Notes under the pieces: generated by a model
What the model was told of the DNA's origin: nothing
Database searches by the model: none
The model's input: the letters and a program-made list of their open reading frames with translations, nothing else
Assembly: GCA_902630355.1 (NCBI GenBank)
Contig: CACOUL010000004.1
Coordinates: forward strand, 19,879-83,878
Origin: Planctomycetaceae bacterium
GTDB lineage: Bacteria > Planctomycetota > Planctomycetia > Pirellulales > UBA7805
DNA length: 64,000 nucleotides
Direction: 5' to 3'
Translations under genes and position numbers: made by a program
Part shown: positions 41,777-52,585 of the stretch, in pieces
Position numbering within the stretch: position 1 is the stretch's first letter
Layout: every line of letters starts with the position of its first letter

Positions 41777-42817
41777 ATGAATCGCAGTCTATTTTTCGCA
41801 AGCAGTCTCGTGGTATTTCTCGCCGTAGGCGGATTGGATAGCGCCGAGGCGGATCAGAAGGCAGCAATCGAAAATATTGAGAAACTCGGCGGCACCGTGC
41901 GGCCCGTCGCAGCAAACGACCCGTCGAAGGAAATTGACTTTCACCTTTCGGGAAAAGATCTGAATGACGAGGGTCTTGCAAGCGTTGGGGAAGTCGAAGG
42001 GGTGATATGGCTTAATCTAAAAGACACCAAGATCACCGATGCAGGCCTGAATCATCTTGGCAAGCTCAAACAGTTGAAGAAACTGCATTTGGAGCGAACG
42101 GCGATCACGGATGCAGGACTCGACAACCTCAGCGGACTTTCCGACCTTGAATATCTGAATTTGTACGGCACGAAGGTCACCGATGCCGGGTTGGAAAAGT
42201 TAGCAGGACTTAAAAATCTCAAGCAACTCTACCTGTGGGAAACGAAGGCCACGGAAGAAGGCGCCGATCGCTTGAAACAGGCAATTCCCGAACTCGTCGT
42301 GAACTTGGGGGCCGAACTCAAGCCCGTTAAAGTAGAGCCCGTCGATGAACCTGACGGCGAGGGTGGAGCGGCTCCGAAAGTCGCCTTGGCGGAAGGACAG
42401 TTTCTTCGCGTGCGTCATCTCGGCGAGGACAAAATTCTGACCTTGGCCGAAGTGGAAGTGATTGAGAAGGACACGGGAAAAAAACTGCATACCGACGGGA
42501 AGGCGAGCCAATCCTCGGTGGAATATGGCGCCGAGGCATCGCGTGCGATCGACGGAAACTCCGAACAGTCATTCGGGGAAAACAGCGTGACCCACACGCA
42601 ACAGGAAAACTATCCTTGGTGGGTTCTCGATTTAGGCAAGATGGCACCGGTGGGTAGAATTAAGGTCTGGAATCGTTCTGACTGCTGTGGTGAGCGGCTT
42701 GAGGGCGCAATCGTTGAACTGCTCGATGCCAATCGTAATGTGGTCTGGAGCGAGGCGATCGAAGGTGCCAAAGACGGTAGCGTTCACGAGTTTGCCAAAG
42801 AATCGTCCGAATCCTGA
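41777..42817 (+). CDS. Secreted leucine-rich-repeat protein with C-terminal F-type lectin domain
   Basis: Signal peptide; LxL..T.ITDAGL LRRs; ASQSS, AIDGN, H-x26-R-x-D-x4-R. Confidence 0.88.
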   Translation: MNRSLFFASSLVVFLAVGGLDSAEADQKAAIENIEKLGGTVRPVAANDPSKEIDFHLSGKDLNDEGLASVGEVEGVIWLNLKDTKITDAGLNHLGKLKQLKKLHLERTAITDAGLDNLSGLSDLEYLNLYGTKVTDAGLEKLAGLKNLKQLYLWETKATEEGADRLKQAIPELVVNLGAELKPVKVEPVDEPDGEGGAAPKVALAEGQFLRVRHLGEDKILTLAEVEVIEKDTGKKLHTDGKASQSSVEYGAEASRAIDGNSEQSFGENSVTHTQQENYPWWVLDLGKMAPVGRIKVWNRSDCCGERLEGAIVELLDANRNVVWSEAIEGAKDGSVHEFAKESSES

Positions 42818-43014
42818 ACCTGCCATAAGGGCAGTTTTTCCGGACACAGCCTGTCAGTTTCGGCAATCTCGCGACATCATCCGGCCTCCGTACGCCGTAT
42901 AAACTGCCGTGATGGCGATTGTTAGCGATTTTTGTCAGAGATGCCTCGCTTTGGTATTTTAATTGCACACCGTGGGGAGCGGACCCCGAGTACATCGTTT
43001 ATTTTTGCTCCATC

Positions 43015-43401
43015 ATGCGTGCTGAAACTCCCTCAATCTTAATCACCGACAACGATCAGCAGTTCCGCGATACGATACTCGAAGTGTTGCGGCCGACGGG
43101 ATATCGTACGCTCGAGGCAATCGATGGCATGGAGGCGATGCAAATAGTGCAAGAGCAAGAGGTACACGTCGTACTTCTTGATATGCACATGCCGCGTCAG
43201 AATGGACTGGAAACGCTAAAACGCCTCAAAAGTTTTAGGGCGATGCTTCCCTGCATCCTGCTATCGGCCGAAATGGATGACCGACTCGAACGGGAGGCCC
43301 GTCAAGCGCAGGCATTTGAAGTACTCCGCAAGCCGGTAACTCGCATCGATCTGACCGGTGCAATCGAGCAGGCCCTCCATGCGACCTATGGGATCGGCTA
43401 G
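43015..43401 (+). CDS. Single-domain response regulator
   Basis: ILITDND, LLDMHMP..NGLE, LLSA, KP. Confidence 0.88.
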   Translation: MRAETPSILITDNDQQFRDTILEVLRPTGYRTLEAIDGMEAMQIVQEQEVHVVLLDMHMPRQNGLETLKRLKSFRAMLPCILLSAEMDDRLEREARQAQAFEVLRKPVTRIDLTGAIEQALHATYGIG

Positions 43402-43460
43402 AGCGGCTTGCACGCTTCGCGGAACATTTGAGCCTCTGCACCCGGTCATTTGCCCGGCCG

Positions 43461-44180
43461 TCACGTTCCCCGGCAATGGAAGTCGATCACGATGGGCAAG
43501 TGGTCAGACGCCACTTTGGCAATTTGGCTGCGAACGACGCGAGAGTGGGTAATGCGGATGCCGGCGTTTGAGAAACATTTGTCCAGCGAACCGACCGGTA
43601 AGTAGGCAGGAAAAGTCCGATATCGGGATATCGGATGCGTCTCGTGTTCAAATCCACTCTCCCCGAGCACACCACCTGCCAAATTGTTGCGCCAGTCGTT
43701 CGAATCGCCCGCAATAATAGTTGGCAACTCTTCGCTGCGGCGAAAAAGGTGATGGCGACAAAGATGCCTTACCTGTTGCTGGCGCTCCTGCTCTGCCAAC
43801 CCCAGGTGCCAATTGACAATCCGCACGGGCCCTTCGGGCGAGTCGACCACCATCAATTGAGCGCCTCGAGCTTTCTTTCCGGGCAAACCCAAGGAGATAT
43901 TGTGCCGCTCGAGAATGGGCCATCGGGCAAGTAGCAGGTTTCCATACCCGCCTTTTTTCAGTCGAACATTCAACTGGAAGAGCGAACCGACAGAAAAAAA
44001 TTGTTTTGTGAAAAGTTTTGGCTGATCGTGCAAACGAGAGCGGGGCACGCCACGATCAACCTCCTGAAGACAAAGAAAATCGGGGTTCTCGTTTTCGATC
44101 ACCTCCATGATCCGCGGCAACCGATAGAGTCGGTCGCGTCCACCGATACCTTTGTGGATGTTGTAGGAAAGGAGTCGCAT
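43461..44180 (-). CDS. Endonuclease/exonuclease/phosphatase family protein
   Basis: SYNIHKG, LQEV, GN, HLGL, GDSN, LD, ASDHLP. Confidence 0.92.
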   Translation of the reverse strand: MRLLSYNIHKGIGGRDRLYRLPRIMEVIENENPDFLCLQEVDRGVPRSRLHDQPKLFTKQFFSVGSLFQLNVRLKKGGYGNLLLARWPILERHNISLGLPGKKARGAQLMVVDSPEGPVRIVNWHLGLAEQERQQQVRHLCRHHLFRRSEELPTIIAGDSNDWRNNLAGGVLGESGFEHETHPISRYRTFPAYLPVGSLDKCFSNAGIRITHSRVVRSQIAKVASDHLPIVIDFHCRGT

Positions 44181-44221
44181 GCAGGGTGCCTTCAAACCGC
44201 GGTGATTCCTAACACCTATGC

Positions 44222-46327
44222 TCAGCCACCGGCCCGAGTCGATCCCTCATCTCGCTCCGACGTGGGTTCGGCCCCCTGCGTATCGCCCGCCTGCGAAACA
44301 TCGTCGACTTGAGACGGTTTCTTGAATTCGTCACTTTCAGTACCCGGAACAATTTGAGGACTCTTGGAAGTCTGATCCACGATTTGTCGCAATTCGTCGG
44401 CATCCATCACTTCGCATTCCAACAAACGCTTGGAAAGTGCCACGAGCGTTTGTCGGCGGGTGCTTAAAATGTGGCGTACTTTGGACAACCCATCGTCGAT
44501 GATTTGCTTCACTTCTTGATCGATCTCGTGTGCCGTTTGTCCACTATGATTCGTCGTCGGCATACCTTCGCTCGCACCGAGAAAGGGGTTCCGCCCCGAC
44601 TCCTTGTAATTGACGCGCCCCAAGCGACTCATGCCGAATTGCATGACCATATTGCGGGCTATTTCTGTGGCACGCTCGAGATCATTCTGAGCACCGGATG
44701 AGATATCTTCAAAAATCAACTCTTCGGCAATCGTGCCGGCCAGCAATACTTGGATTCTCGCTTCCAGTTCGCTCCGCGTGATGAGATACCGATCCTCCTC
44801 CGGTCGTTGCATCGTGTACCCGAGGGCGGCGAGGCCGCGGGGAATAATCGAGATTTTATGCACCGGGTCGGTGTTCGGCAGGCTATCGGCGACCAACGCA
44901 TGTCCGCATTCGTGGTAGGCAATCCGCTGCTTCTCATCTTCGTGGATAATCCGCTGTCGCTTCTCAAGCCCGGCGGTGACGCGTTCGACCCCTTCATTAA
45001 ATTCGTGCATTGTGACCGCGGGAAGATCGGCGCGGGCAGCAAGTAGCGCCGCTTCGTTCACCAAATTGGCCAAATCGGCCCCGCAGAATCCTGAAGTGAT
45101 GGCAGCGACCTTCGACAGATCGACTCCATCGGCCAATTTTACATTTTTAACGTGTACGTTGAGAATCGCCTCGCGTCCGCGAACATCGGGACGATCGACC
45201 AAAACATGCCGATCGAAACGCCCTGGACGCAACAGCGCCGGATCGAGGGTTTCAGGCCTGTTTGTAGCAGCCAGTACGATCACCCCGCTGTTGGAGTCAA
45301 AGCCGTCCATCTCCACCAGCAGCGCGTTAAGCGTCTGCTCTCGTTCATCGTGCCCTCCCACGACGCTGGTGCCACGCGTTTTGCCCAGCGCGTCGAGTTC
45401 GTCGATGAAGATGATGCACGGCGATTTACTCTGGGCTTGTTGGAACATGTCGCGAACCCTCGCGGCACCGACTCCGACAAACATCTCGACAAAATCGCTT
45501 CCAGAGAGACTGAAAAACGGAACACCTGCTTCACCGGCGACCCCTTTAGCCAAAAGCGTTTTCCCGGTTCCGGGAGGCCCCACCAGCAGGACCCCCTTCG
45601 GAATGCGCCCTCCGAGTCGCTGATACTTATCCGGGTTACTGAGGAAATCGACGACTTCCTTGAGTTCTTCCACCGCTTCATCGATGCCTGCCACATCGTC
45701 GAACGTCACTCCCAGTCCCTCTTGCGCGTAGAGTTTGCCGCGACTCCTTCCAAATGCCATCGGGGACCCGGCTCCACTCATCCGTCGCGAGATGAAGACC
45801 AGGACGAGAATAAAAATGACCGTGATCATGAGCATCGGGCCGTAGGTCTGAAAAAAACCAGGCTTCAGCCACTCATATTTCACGCTGTACTTTCTCAGCA
45901 GTTCACTGATACCAATATCAATTTCAGTCGACTTATTGACACGGAATCGAACGGTTCCCGGCTTTCGGGATGATCGGGGCTTCTCGCCTCCTGTACGGCC
46001 CACCTCCTGTTGATTCACCGTGCCGGTGATTTCGCGATCGCCCACCTTCACATTGCGAATGTCGCTGTAGCGCCAAAGGTCCGGATTCTTTTTCGTGCCC
46101 CGATTGACTTCAATAAACGCAGCAGCCGGATCATCGTCCTGGGCATTTTTCTTGACTAACTCTTCAAATTCCTGGTAGTCAAAAACAACTGCGTTTTGCC
46201 AATTGAAAAATAGCGCAAAGAAGCCCGCTGCGGTTGCGATCAGCAGCATATAGAGCAGAACTTGGCTGCTCGACGCCGCAGGTTTTTTGTCACCCGACTG
46301 TCCGGGATCGCGAGAGGGTTCATCCAT
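44222..46327 (-). CDS. ftsH: ATP-dependent zinc metalloprotease FtsH
   Basis: Two TM; [45 protein letters not shown]. Confidence 0.97.
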   Translation of the reverse strand: MDEPSRDPGQSGDKKPAASSSQVLLYMLLIATAAGFFALFFNWQNAVVFDYQEFEELVKKNAQDDDPAAAFIEVNRGTKKNPDLWRYSDIRNVKVGDREITGTVNQQEVGRTGGEKPRSSRKPGTVRFRVNKSTEIDIGISELLRKYSVKYEWLKPGFFQTYGPMLMITVIFILVLVFISRRMSGAGSPMAFGRSRGKLYAQEGLGVTFDDVAGIDEAVEELKEVVDFLSNPDKYQRLGGRIPKGVLLVGPPGTGKTLLAKGVAGEAGVPFFSLSGSDFVEMFVGVGAARVRDMFQQAQSKSPCIIFIDELDALGKTRGTSVVGGHDEREQTLNALLVEMDGFDSNSGVIVLAATNRPETLDPALLRPGRFDRHVLVDRPDVRGREAILNVHVKNVKLADGVDLSKVAAITSGFCGADLANLVNEAALLAARADLPAVTMHEFNEGVERVTAGLEKRQRIIHEDEKQRIAYHECGHALVADSLPNTDPVHKISIIPRGLAALGYTMQRPEEDRYLITRSELEARIQVLLAGTIAEELIFEDISSGAQNDLERATEIARNMVMQFGMSRLGRVNYKESGRNPFLGASEGMPTTNHSGQTAHEIDQEVKQIIDDGLSKVRHILSTRRQTLVALSKRLLECEVMDADELRQIVDQTSKSPQIVPGTESDEFKKPSQVDDVSQAGDTQGAEPTSERDEGSTRAGG

Positions 46328-46515
46328 CGAATGTGCAGCCTCGTTTCGTCATCAAAGAAATTACACCACGCTTATAGCACCCTCGACCCCCGCCGGTTTG
46401 CTTGCCGTTTCTAAAAGTGGGCCGAAAGATAAAATTTTGCTCTGAACCTTTAATTATACACCCGCTGAAAAAGTTTGGGGGGGGGCAGTCGTATCCTTTG
46501 ACAGAAAGTTCGCAC

Positions 46516-46544
46516 TTGCTGGGTATAAACCGGCGGTCTAAAAT
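46516..46544 (+). promoter_or_regulatory. Candidate sigma70 promoter of the dxr-rseP operon
   Basis: TTGCTG-17 nt-TAAAAT. Confidence 0.5.
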
Positions 46545-46731
46545 GCACAGGCGCGGCAGGGAGGGGGGACGGTTTCGGTGATTCGCTTTATTCCCAACCT
46601 CTCGCGCTTGCCTGATATCATCTTCTGGGAATACATCTTTCTTGCCTAAGTTGCAGAGAAAATGCTCCCGGGGTTCGCTCAGTCCCTTCTGTTGCGACTG
46701 GTGCGGCGATCTTCACTCTCCCGAAAGCCTC

Positions 46732-47892
46732 ATGGCCTGCATACAAAAAAATGTTGCCGTCCTCGGGTCAACCGGAAGTATCGGCTGCAATACGCTTCAG
46801 GTGATCGCCGAATCGGACGGTGCGCTTCGGGCAAAAGCCCTTTCGGCACATCGCCAACTTGAGAAACTCATCGAACAGGCGGTGTGGCTCAAGCCGGACT
46901 ACGTCATTGCAACCTGCGCCGAGGAGGCAGAGAAACAGGATTGGTCAGGATTACCCGCAGGCTGCCAACTGTGCGTCGGTGAAGATGCAATGGTCAAAGT
47001 GGCACAACAGGCGGACGTCGATGTCGTAGTAGCAGCCATTGTGGGTGCCGCGGGTCTGCAGAGTACGTGGGCAGCGGTCGAGGCGGGGAAGGCAGTTGCG
47101 CTTGCCAACAAAGAGACGCTCGTAATGGCCGGCCCTTTGGTGACCACGCTGGCAGAAAAAACGGGCGCCACGATTCTGCCGGTCGATAGTGAACACAGCG
47201 CTGTCTTTCAGGCACTCCAGGCCGGGCGGCAGGATGAAGTGAGCCGGATCATTCTGACGGCCAGCGGAGGTCCTTTCCGGCACCATTCACTCGAAGATCT
47301 TCAAAATGTACAGATCTCCGAAGCGCTTGCCCATCCAACATGGAAGATGGGGCCGAAAATCACGATTGACTCGGCGACCATGATGAACAAAGCTCTTGAG
47401 ATCGTCGAAGCCCGCTGGCTTTTTGGTTTGACACCTGAACAGATCGATGTTGTCATCCATCCCCAGTCGATCGTCCATTCGATGGTCGAATATGTCGACG
47501 GATCGATCGTTGCCCAGATGAGCCCTCCCGATATGAAATTGCCGATCCAATACGCGCTCTGCTGGCCGCATCGCCTTGCTGGTTGTGGGGAAAAACTGGC
47601 GCTCAATGAGCCGCTCGCCCTTGAATTCGAGCCGGTTGATCATGAGCGGTTTCCCGCCGTCGGGCTGGGCCTCGATGTGGCCCGCGCGGGTGGTTCGGGC
47701 GGCGCGGTACTCAACGCGGCGAACGAGGCAGCCGTCGCGGGGTTTCTTGAGAATCGGATCCAATTCAGCGATATTGTTCCCGCCTGTCGCGCGGTCTTCG
47801 ATGAGCACCCGTTTGAAGCAGCGCCAGGTTTGGACCGGCTTCTTGAGTTAGATCACTGGGCACGTGAGGAGGTTTCCCGCAGATGGATGTAA
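46732..47892 (+). CDS. dxr: 1-deoxy-D-xylulose 5-phosphate reductoisomerase
   Basis: LGSTGSIG, LANKE, LPVDSEH, TASGGPF, HPTWKMG, NKALE, NAANE. Confidence 0.97.
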   Translation: MACIQKNVAVLGSTGSIGCNTLQVIAESDGALRAKALSAHRQLEKLIEQAVWLKPDYVIATCAEEAEKQDWSGLPAGCQLCVGEDAMVKVAQQADVDVVVAAIVGAAGLQSTWAAVEAGKAVALANKETLVMAGPLVTTLAEKTGATILPVDSEHSAVFQALQAGRQDEVSRIILTASGGPFRHHSLEDLQNVQISEALAHPTWKMGPKITIDSATMMNKALEIVEARWLFGLTPEQIDVVIHPQSIVHSMVEYVDGSIVAQMSPPDMKLPIQYALCWPHRLAGCGEKLALNEPLALEFEPVDHERFPAVGLGLDVARAGGSGGAVLNAANEAAVAGFLENRIQFSDIVPACRAVFDEHPFEAAPGLDRLLELDHWAREEVSRRWM

Positions 47893-49985
47893 TTTTCGCT
47901 GCTTGGTACAGCGTTGAAAACTGGCCCTACATCGCCATGGGATTGATGGGATTGGGGTTCGTCATTTTCGTGCACGAACTGGGCCACTTCCTCGTTGCCA
48001 AAATGTGTGGTGTGAAGTGCGAAAAGTTTTACGTTGGCTTCGATCCGCCACTCAAAATTGGTTGGGGTAAAGCCAGCATTCGCCTGCCGAGCGCCCTTTG
48101 GAAGAAGCAGTGGGGAGAAACCGAATATGGTATCGGAATCATTCCCCTTGGCGGGTATGTGAAAATGCTTGGCCAAGACGACAATCCTTCCCGGGAGGCG
48201 GAAAAAATCCGCGAGGCTCGCCAAGCGGAAACGGCAGAAACTGCCGAGAGCACAGACGACGCAAATTATTTAACAGACCCGCGAAGCTACGTCGCGCAAA
48301 CGGTTCCCGAGCGGATGGCAATTATTTCTGCCGGCGTCATCATGAATCTCATCTTCGCCTGGATCTTTGCCACCATTGCGTTCTCACCAAGTTTCGGAGT
48401 CCCTTACATTCGCTGTGACGTCGCCGCAGTGATTCCGGGTGAAGCTGCCTATCAGGCCGGCATTCTGCCGGGAGATCGCATCGTTGAAATCAACGGCGTC
48501 AAAAAACCGCGATTCAAAGACTTGCGTCAGGAGGTCATTCTCGGAGATTTTGAAAATGGTATCCCGGTGACCGTCGAGCGTACGGCAAGCGGCGATACGG
48601 TAGAGACGTTTCAATACAAACTCCGTCCTCAGAATAGCGACGGACGTTTAATCAAGATCATCGGTGTTTCCCCCGCAAAGACCTTGGAATTAGCAGACGG
48701 AACGGTTGTGCTGCCGGGCAGTCCTGCGGTGGAGGTGGCGGACCAACTCAAAGCGGGCGACCAAATTGTCGCCGTTGAGGGCGAAGACGTAGAGGATTAT
48801 GTCGCATACAGTGCGGCACTTGCAAAACATGCGGGGCAGCCGATCAGCGTCACCTTTGCGCGTCCGGAGACGGGAGAGCGTTTTCCGGTTGACGTCGGCG
48901 TTTACTTTATGCGGCGTTATGGACTGAACATGCGAATGGGTCCGATTGTGGGAGTCCGACCCGATTCGCCCGCAGCACGTGCCGGGCTGAAATCGGGCGA
49001 TATCATCGAAAAGGTCAACGGAGTCGACGTGGGCGATCCCCTCACCCTCCCGCAAAGACTCCGCAAGGAAGACCGAAACCAGATTACTTTGCAGGTGCTT
49101 CGTCAGACGGAGAATGGGGACGATTCGCAGCAACTTTCCTTCACGCTCACCCCCGCTCCGGTACCGTGGGGCAGCGAGATGCGGGGCAAGATGGAAATCC
49201 CATCGCTCGGTATCGCCTACAAAATTTCCGACGTGATCGCCGGCGTGCAGGCGGACAGCCCCGCTGCAAAAGCAAAATTTTTGCCGGGCGATAAGATTGT
49301 TGCGATCGACTTGAAACCAGCAAACGAAGCGCAAGCTGAGAAAGAGCGGGCTCTCTTTCCCGACAATCGACTCCTCACTCAGGAGATCGGTGGGGCCGAG
49401 GGCGTCAGTTGGGTTCTCTGGTTGCGGTCGGTGGCGCAGAGCATCCAAGAAGATACGGGGGTCGAAGTCACCGTACTTCGAAATGACAAACCACTGAAGA
49501 TTGCAGTGTCACCCGCTACGGCTTCTCGCACCGCGGTCCTGCCACGCGGGTTCGTCTTCGTCAATGAAACAGACATCATGCGGGCAAACAATCTGCGAGA
49601 GGCCATGGCGCTTGGTTGGCGCGAAACCAAATACTCGATGCTGGCCGTATATCGCTTTTTACATAAGCTGGTTTCAGGACAAGTGTCCCCACGGCTCCTC
49701 GGTGGCCCGGGAACCATTGCGACCGTGGCCGGCATGTCGGCAAAGCAAGGGGTCGCGAGCCTGTTGCTGTTCCTTACGATGCTCAGCGCGAATCTGGCCG
49801 TGATCAATTTCCTGCCGATTCCGGTTCTCGACGGGGGCCACATGGTCTTTCTCGCTTTAGAGGCCATCTTCCGCCGCCCCGTGAGTGAGAAAATTGTGAT
49901 TCCCCTCACCTGGGCCGGGCTCTTGCTGATTCTGGCATTGATGCTGTTTGTCATCGGCCTGGATGTGGATCGCTTTATCCTTTGA
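47883..49985 (+). CDS. rseP: Site-2 metalloprotease RseP with multiple PDZ domains
   Basis: HELGH, PLGGYVKM, AGVIMN, NFLPIPVLDGG; about four (S)PA..AG..GD.I PDZ motifs. Confidence 0.93.
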   Translation: MDVIFAAWYSVENWPYIAMGLMGLGFVIFVHELGHFLVAKMCGVKCEKFYVGFDPPLKIGWGKASIRLPSALWKKQWGETEYGIGIIPLGGYVKMLGQDDNPSREAEKIREARQAETAETAESTDDANYLTDPRSYVAQTVPERMAIISAGVIMNLIFAWIFATIAFSPSFGVPYIRCDVAAVIPGEAAYQAGILPGDRIVEINGVKKPRFKDLRQEVILGDFENGIPVTVERTASGDTVETFQYKLRPQNSDGRLIKIIGVSPAKTLELADGTVVLPGSPAVEVADQLKAGDQIVAVEGEDVEDYVAYSAALAKHAGQPISVTFARPETGERFPVDVGVYFMRRYGLNMRMGPIVGVRPDSPAARAGLKSGDIIEKVNGVDVGDPLTLPQRLRKEDRNQITLQVLRQTENGDDSQQLSFTLTPAPVPWGSEMRGKMEIPSLGIAYKISDVIAGVQADSPAAKAKFLPGDKIVAIDLKPANEAQAEKERALFPDNRLLTQEIGGAEGVSWVLWLRSVAQSIQEDTGVEVTVLRNDKPLKIAVSPATASRTAVLPRGFVFVNETDIMRANNLREAMALGWRETKYSMLAVYRFLHKLVSGQVSPRLLGGPGTIATVAGMSAKQGVASLLLFLTMLSANLAVINFLPIPVLDGGHMVFLALEAIFRRPVSEKIVIPLTWAGLLLILALMLFVIGLDVDRFIL

Positions 49986-50167
49986 ACGAATGGGATACGA
50001 TCCTTTGATCGCGTGCGATTGGGTTCGGTGGCCAGCCGCGTCGTAACTGCTAGCAATGCGCGCGGATACTCGGCACGGCTGCCTGCCTCTCGCTCTTGCC
50101 CCCGTCGCGCCGCTAAGAGTAGATTGCACGCTCTCTGGATAGCCCCGGCGGAAAGGAATCGACAGCC

Positions 50168-51238
50168 ATGGGAACACCACTTGCGGAACTGGCCACCCTG
50201 GTCGGTGGTCAGTTATTGGGTGATGGAACAATCGAGATAGAAGAGGCAGCGACCCTCGCTCGCGCGCAGGAGGGAGAGATTTCTTTTCTCGATAACGTTG
50301 AAAAAAAAGATCTCTTACTCGACTCCAGGGCAACTGCGTTCGTGGTGCCCCAAGACCTCGCACCCGAAGGTGTGCCCGCAATCGGAGTGGAGGACGTCCA
50401 CGCTGCATTTGCAAAAATTGTTGCACATTTTCGACCGCCGCGTTATGCAAAGCGGATCGGAATTAGCCCCGCAGCCATCGTGAGTTCCTCGGCAAAAATA
50501 GGCGACGACGTCGATATCCACCTCGGAGCCACCATCGGTGATGATGTGACCATTGGAGATCGGGCAACGATCCACGCAGGTGTCACCGTCATGGCGGGAT
50601 GCCGGATCGGTGAGGATGTCACTCTTTTTCCGAATGCGGTGCTCTACGAGAATACGGTGATCGGACCACGGTCGATCATTCATGCGGGAGCCGTGCTGGG
50701 CGCTTACGGATTCGGTTACAACACCGTGGGCGGTCGACATCTCCTCTCGGCACAACTCGGTTACGTGACGATCGGGCCGGATGTTGAAATCGGAGCTTCC
50801 ACAACGATTGACCGTGGCACCTACGGTCCCACCGAAATTGGCGAGGGGACAAAAGTCGATAACCTGGTGATGATTGCCCATAACTGCAGAATCGGCCGCC
50901 ACAACATTATCTGCTCGCAAGTCGGAATTGCGGGTAGTACGACGACCGGCGATTACGTCGTGATGGCAGGGCAGGTTGGCGTTCGCGACCACGTCCATGT
51001 CGGCTCGCGGGCGGTGCTGGGCGCCATGTCGGGGGTCATCTCCGATATTCCCGACGGGGAATGCTATGCCGGAATCCCGGCAACTCCTCTGCGCGAACAA
51101 AGTTTCAAACAGGCGGCTCTCGCACGACTTCCCGAAATGCGCAAACAACTCAAACGCATCCAAAAGGTGGTCGAAAAAATCGAAAGCCAAGCGGCAGATG
51201 AGACGGGAGAGAACAAAAATTCATCCCATGCCGCATGA
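50168..51238 (+). CDS. lpxD: UDP-3-O-acyl-glucosamine N-acyltransferase
   Basis: Hexapeptide repeats; GFGY, VEIGA.TTIDRG, KVDNLVMIAHN, QVGIAGS. Confidence 0.95.
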   Translation: MGTPLAELATLVGGQLLGDGTIEIEEAATLARAQEGEISFLDNVEKKDLLLDSRATAFVVPQDLAPEGVPAIGVEDVHAAFAKIVAHFRPPRYAKRIGISPAAIVSSSAKIGDDVDIHLGATIGDDVTIGDRATIHAGVTVMAGCRIGEDVTLFPNAVLYENTVIGPRSIIHAGAVLGAYGFGYNTVGGRHLLSAQLGYVTIGPDVEIGASTTIDRGTYGPTEIGEGTKVDNLVMIAHNCRIGRHNIICSQVGIAGSTTTGDYVVMAGQVGVRDHVHVGSRAVLGAMSGVISDIPDGECYAGIPATPLREQSFKQAALARLPEMRKQLKRIQKVVEKIESQAADETGENKNSSHAA

Positions 51239-51310
51239 GTCTCCGCCGAAGCTTTTTATTGTTTTGATACGAAAGTCCGCAAAACACCGAGCGTAGTTGG
51301 GCCGAGAAAA

Positions 51311-52213
51311 ATGGGAAGCGGATGTAACAATTCGAAACGGATCGGCCTGCTCGCTGCGTGGGGAGACTATCCTGTCGATGTCGCCCGTACGCTGCACGAA
51401 TCGGGCCATGCAGTTTACTGCCTCGGAGTCGAAGGTCACGCGAATCGCACGGCACTCGAGCCCCTTTGCGAATCTTATCGGAGTATCGGTATCGGGCGTT
51501 TGGGTGCTGCCCTGCGCTACTTCGAGAAACATCACATTCGCCGGGCCACGATGGCCGGAAAATTCCACAAAACGCTGCTTTACCGTCCGTGGGTCTGGTT
51601 GCGACACCTGCCCGATTGGGCCGCAGTACGGCACTTCTTTCCCTACTTCGCGAACCCTCGCTGGTCGAAGGTTCATAAGGACTGCAAAGACGATACGCTT
51701 CTCGGTGCCGTGGTCGACGCATTTGCCAAACACGATATTCACTTTGTGCCAGCGACCGACTTCGCACCGGAACTGCTCCTCGGCGCCGGACAACTCACAC
51801 AACGCGGTCTCACACTCGCGCAAGAAAACGATATCGGCTTCGGCTGGGAACTCGCCAAGGAGATGGGCCGGTTGGATGTCGGTCAATCGGTTGCCGTCAA
51901 AGGGCAAGCAGTGCTAGCAGTAGAAGCAATCGAGGGGACCGATCAGTGTATTCGCCGAGCCGGCTCGCTCTGCCCGAGCGGCGAATTTACGGTCGTGAAA
52001 GTCGCCAAACCGAACCAGGATATGCGTTTCGACGTTCCGACGATCGGTCTCGGAACGGTCCGATCCCTCGTCGAGGCGGGGGGCCGCGTTTTGGCAGTCG
52101 AGGCAGAAAAAACAATTGTCGTGGGCCGAGATGAATTAGTCGCGTTTGCGGATAGACACAAATTGGTTATTGTGGCGATCGACCGCCCGGAGGTGACCCG
52201 GCATGCCGCATGA
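51311..52213 (+). CDS. lpxI: UDP-2,3-diacylglucosamine diphosphatase LpxI
   Basis: DVGQSV, AVEAIEGTD, KVAKPNQDMRFDVPTIG. Confidence 0.92.
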   Translation: MGSGCNNSKRIGLLAAWGDYPVDVARTLHESGHAVYCLGVEGHANRTALEPLCESYRSIGIGRLGAALRYFEKHHIRRATMAGKFHKTLLYRPWVWLRHLPDWAAVRHFFPYFANPRWSKVHKDCKDDTLLGAVVDAFAKHDIHFVPATDFAPELLLGAGQLTQRGLTLAQENDIGFGWELAKEMGRLDVGQSVAVKGQAVLAVEAIEGTDQCIRRAGSLCPSGEFTVVKVAKPNQDMRFDVPTIGLGTVRSLVEAGGRVLAVEAEKTIVVGRDELVAFADRHKLVIVAIDRPEVTRHAA

Positions 52214-52344
52214 GCAACTCGCCGCAAACCACATACCCGGAGGCCGTGCGTACTCGCAAGGGGGAGGTTGAAGAAGAGCGCATCGACAACGTCTTACCCG
52301 CAACATCAAGTTGTCGCTGTGTCCCGCACTCTTGCACAAAAGAC

Positions 52345-52375
52345 GATCGCTTGACATCTCGCAAATCAAGCGATC
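52345..52375. repeat. Perfect 10-bp inverted repeat between convergent genes
   Basis: GATCGCTTGA-11 nt-TCAAGCGATC; no U-tract, so terminator status is uncertain. Confidence 0.6.
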
Positions 52376-52585
52376 ATCGTTGAGGTACCTCGGTCTCCGG
52401 GCTCTTTTTTAATTGCGTCATCAAGACGATCCCATGGTGGGCGTGGCCGTCACCGCCCACACCGAGGATTAAAAGTTAAAACACACACTCATTGTATGGA
52501 AACATGAGAATTGTGCAAAACAGCGAAGGTGACCCGGCGAAACCGGACCTTGCGGCCACGACTTGTTAGCGGCTCGCGGGGTCAT

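Noticed and set aside
44976-45973. Long plus-strand ORFs opposite ftsH
   Set aside because: Typical antisense shadows of a conserved gene in a GC-rich genome.
46474-46489. Same TTT-Gn-CAGT context as the phoR G-run at 412-425
   Set aside because: Only two low-complexity occurrences, one constrained by coding; consistent with chance.
51297-51917. Several overlapping ORFs of about 200 aa across lpxI
   Set aside because: Alternative frames without motifs; the lpxI frame carries all family signatures.
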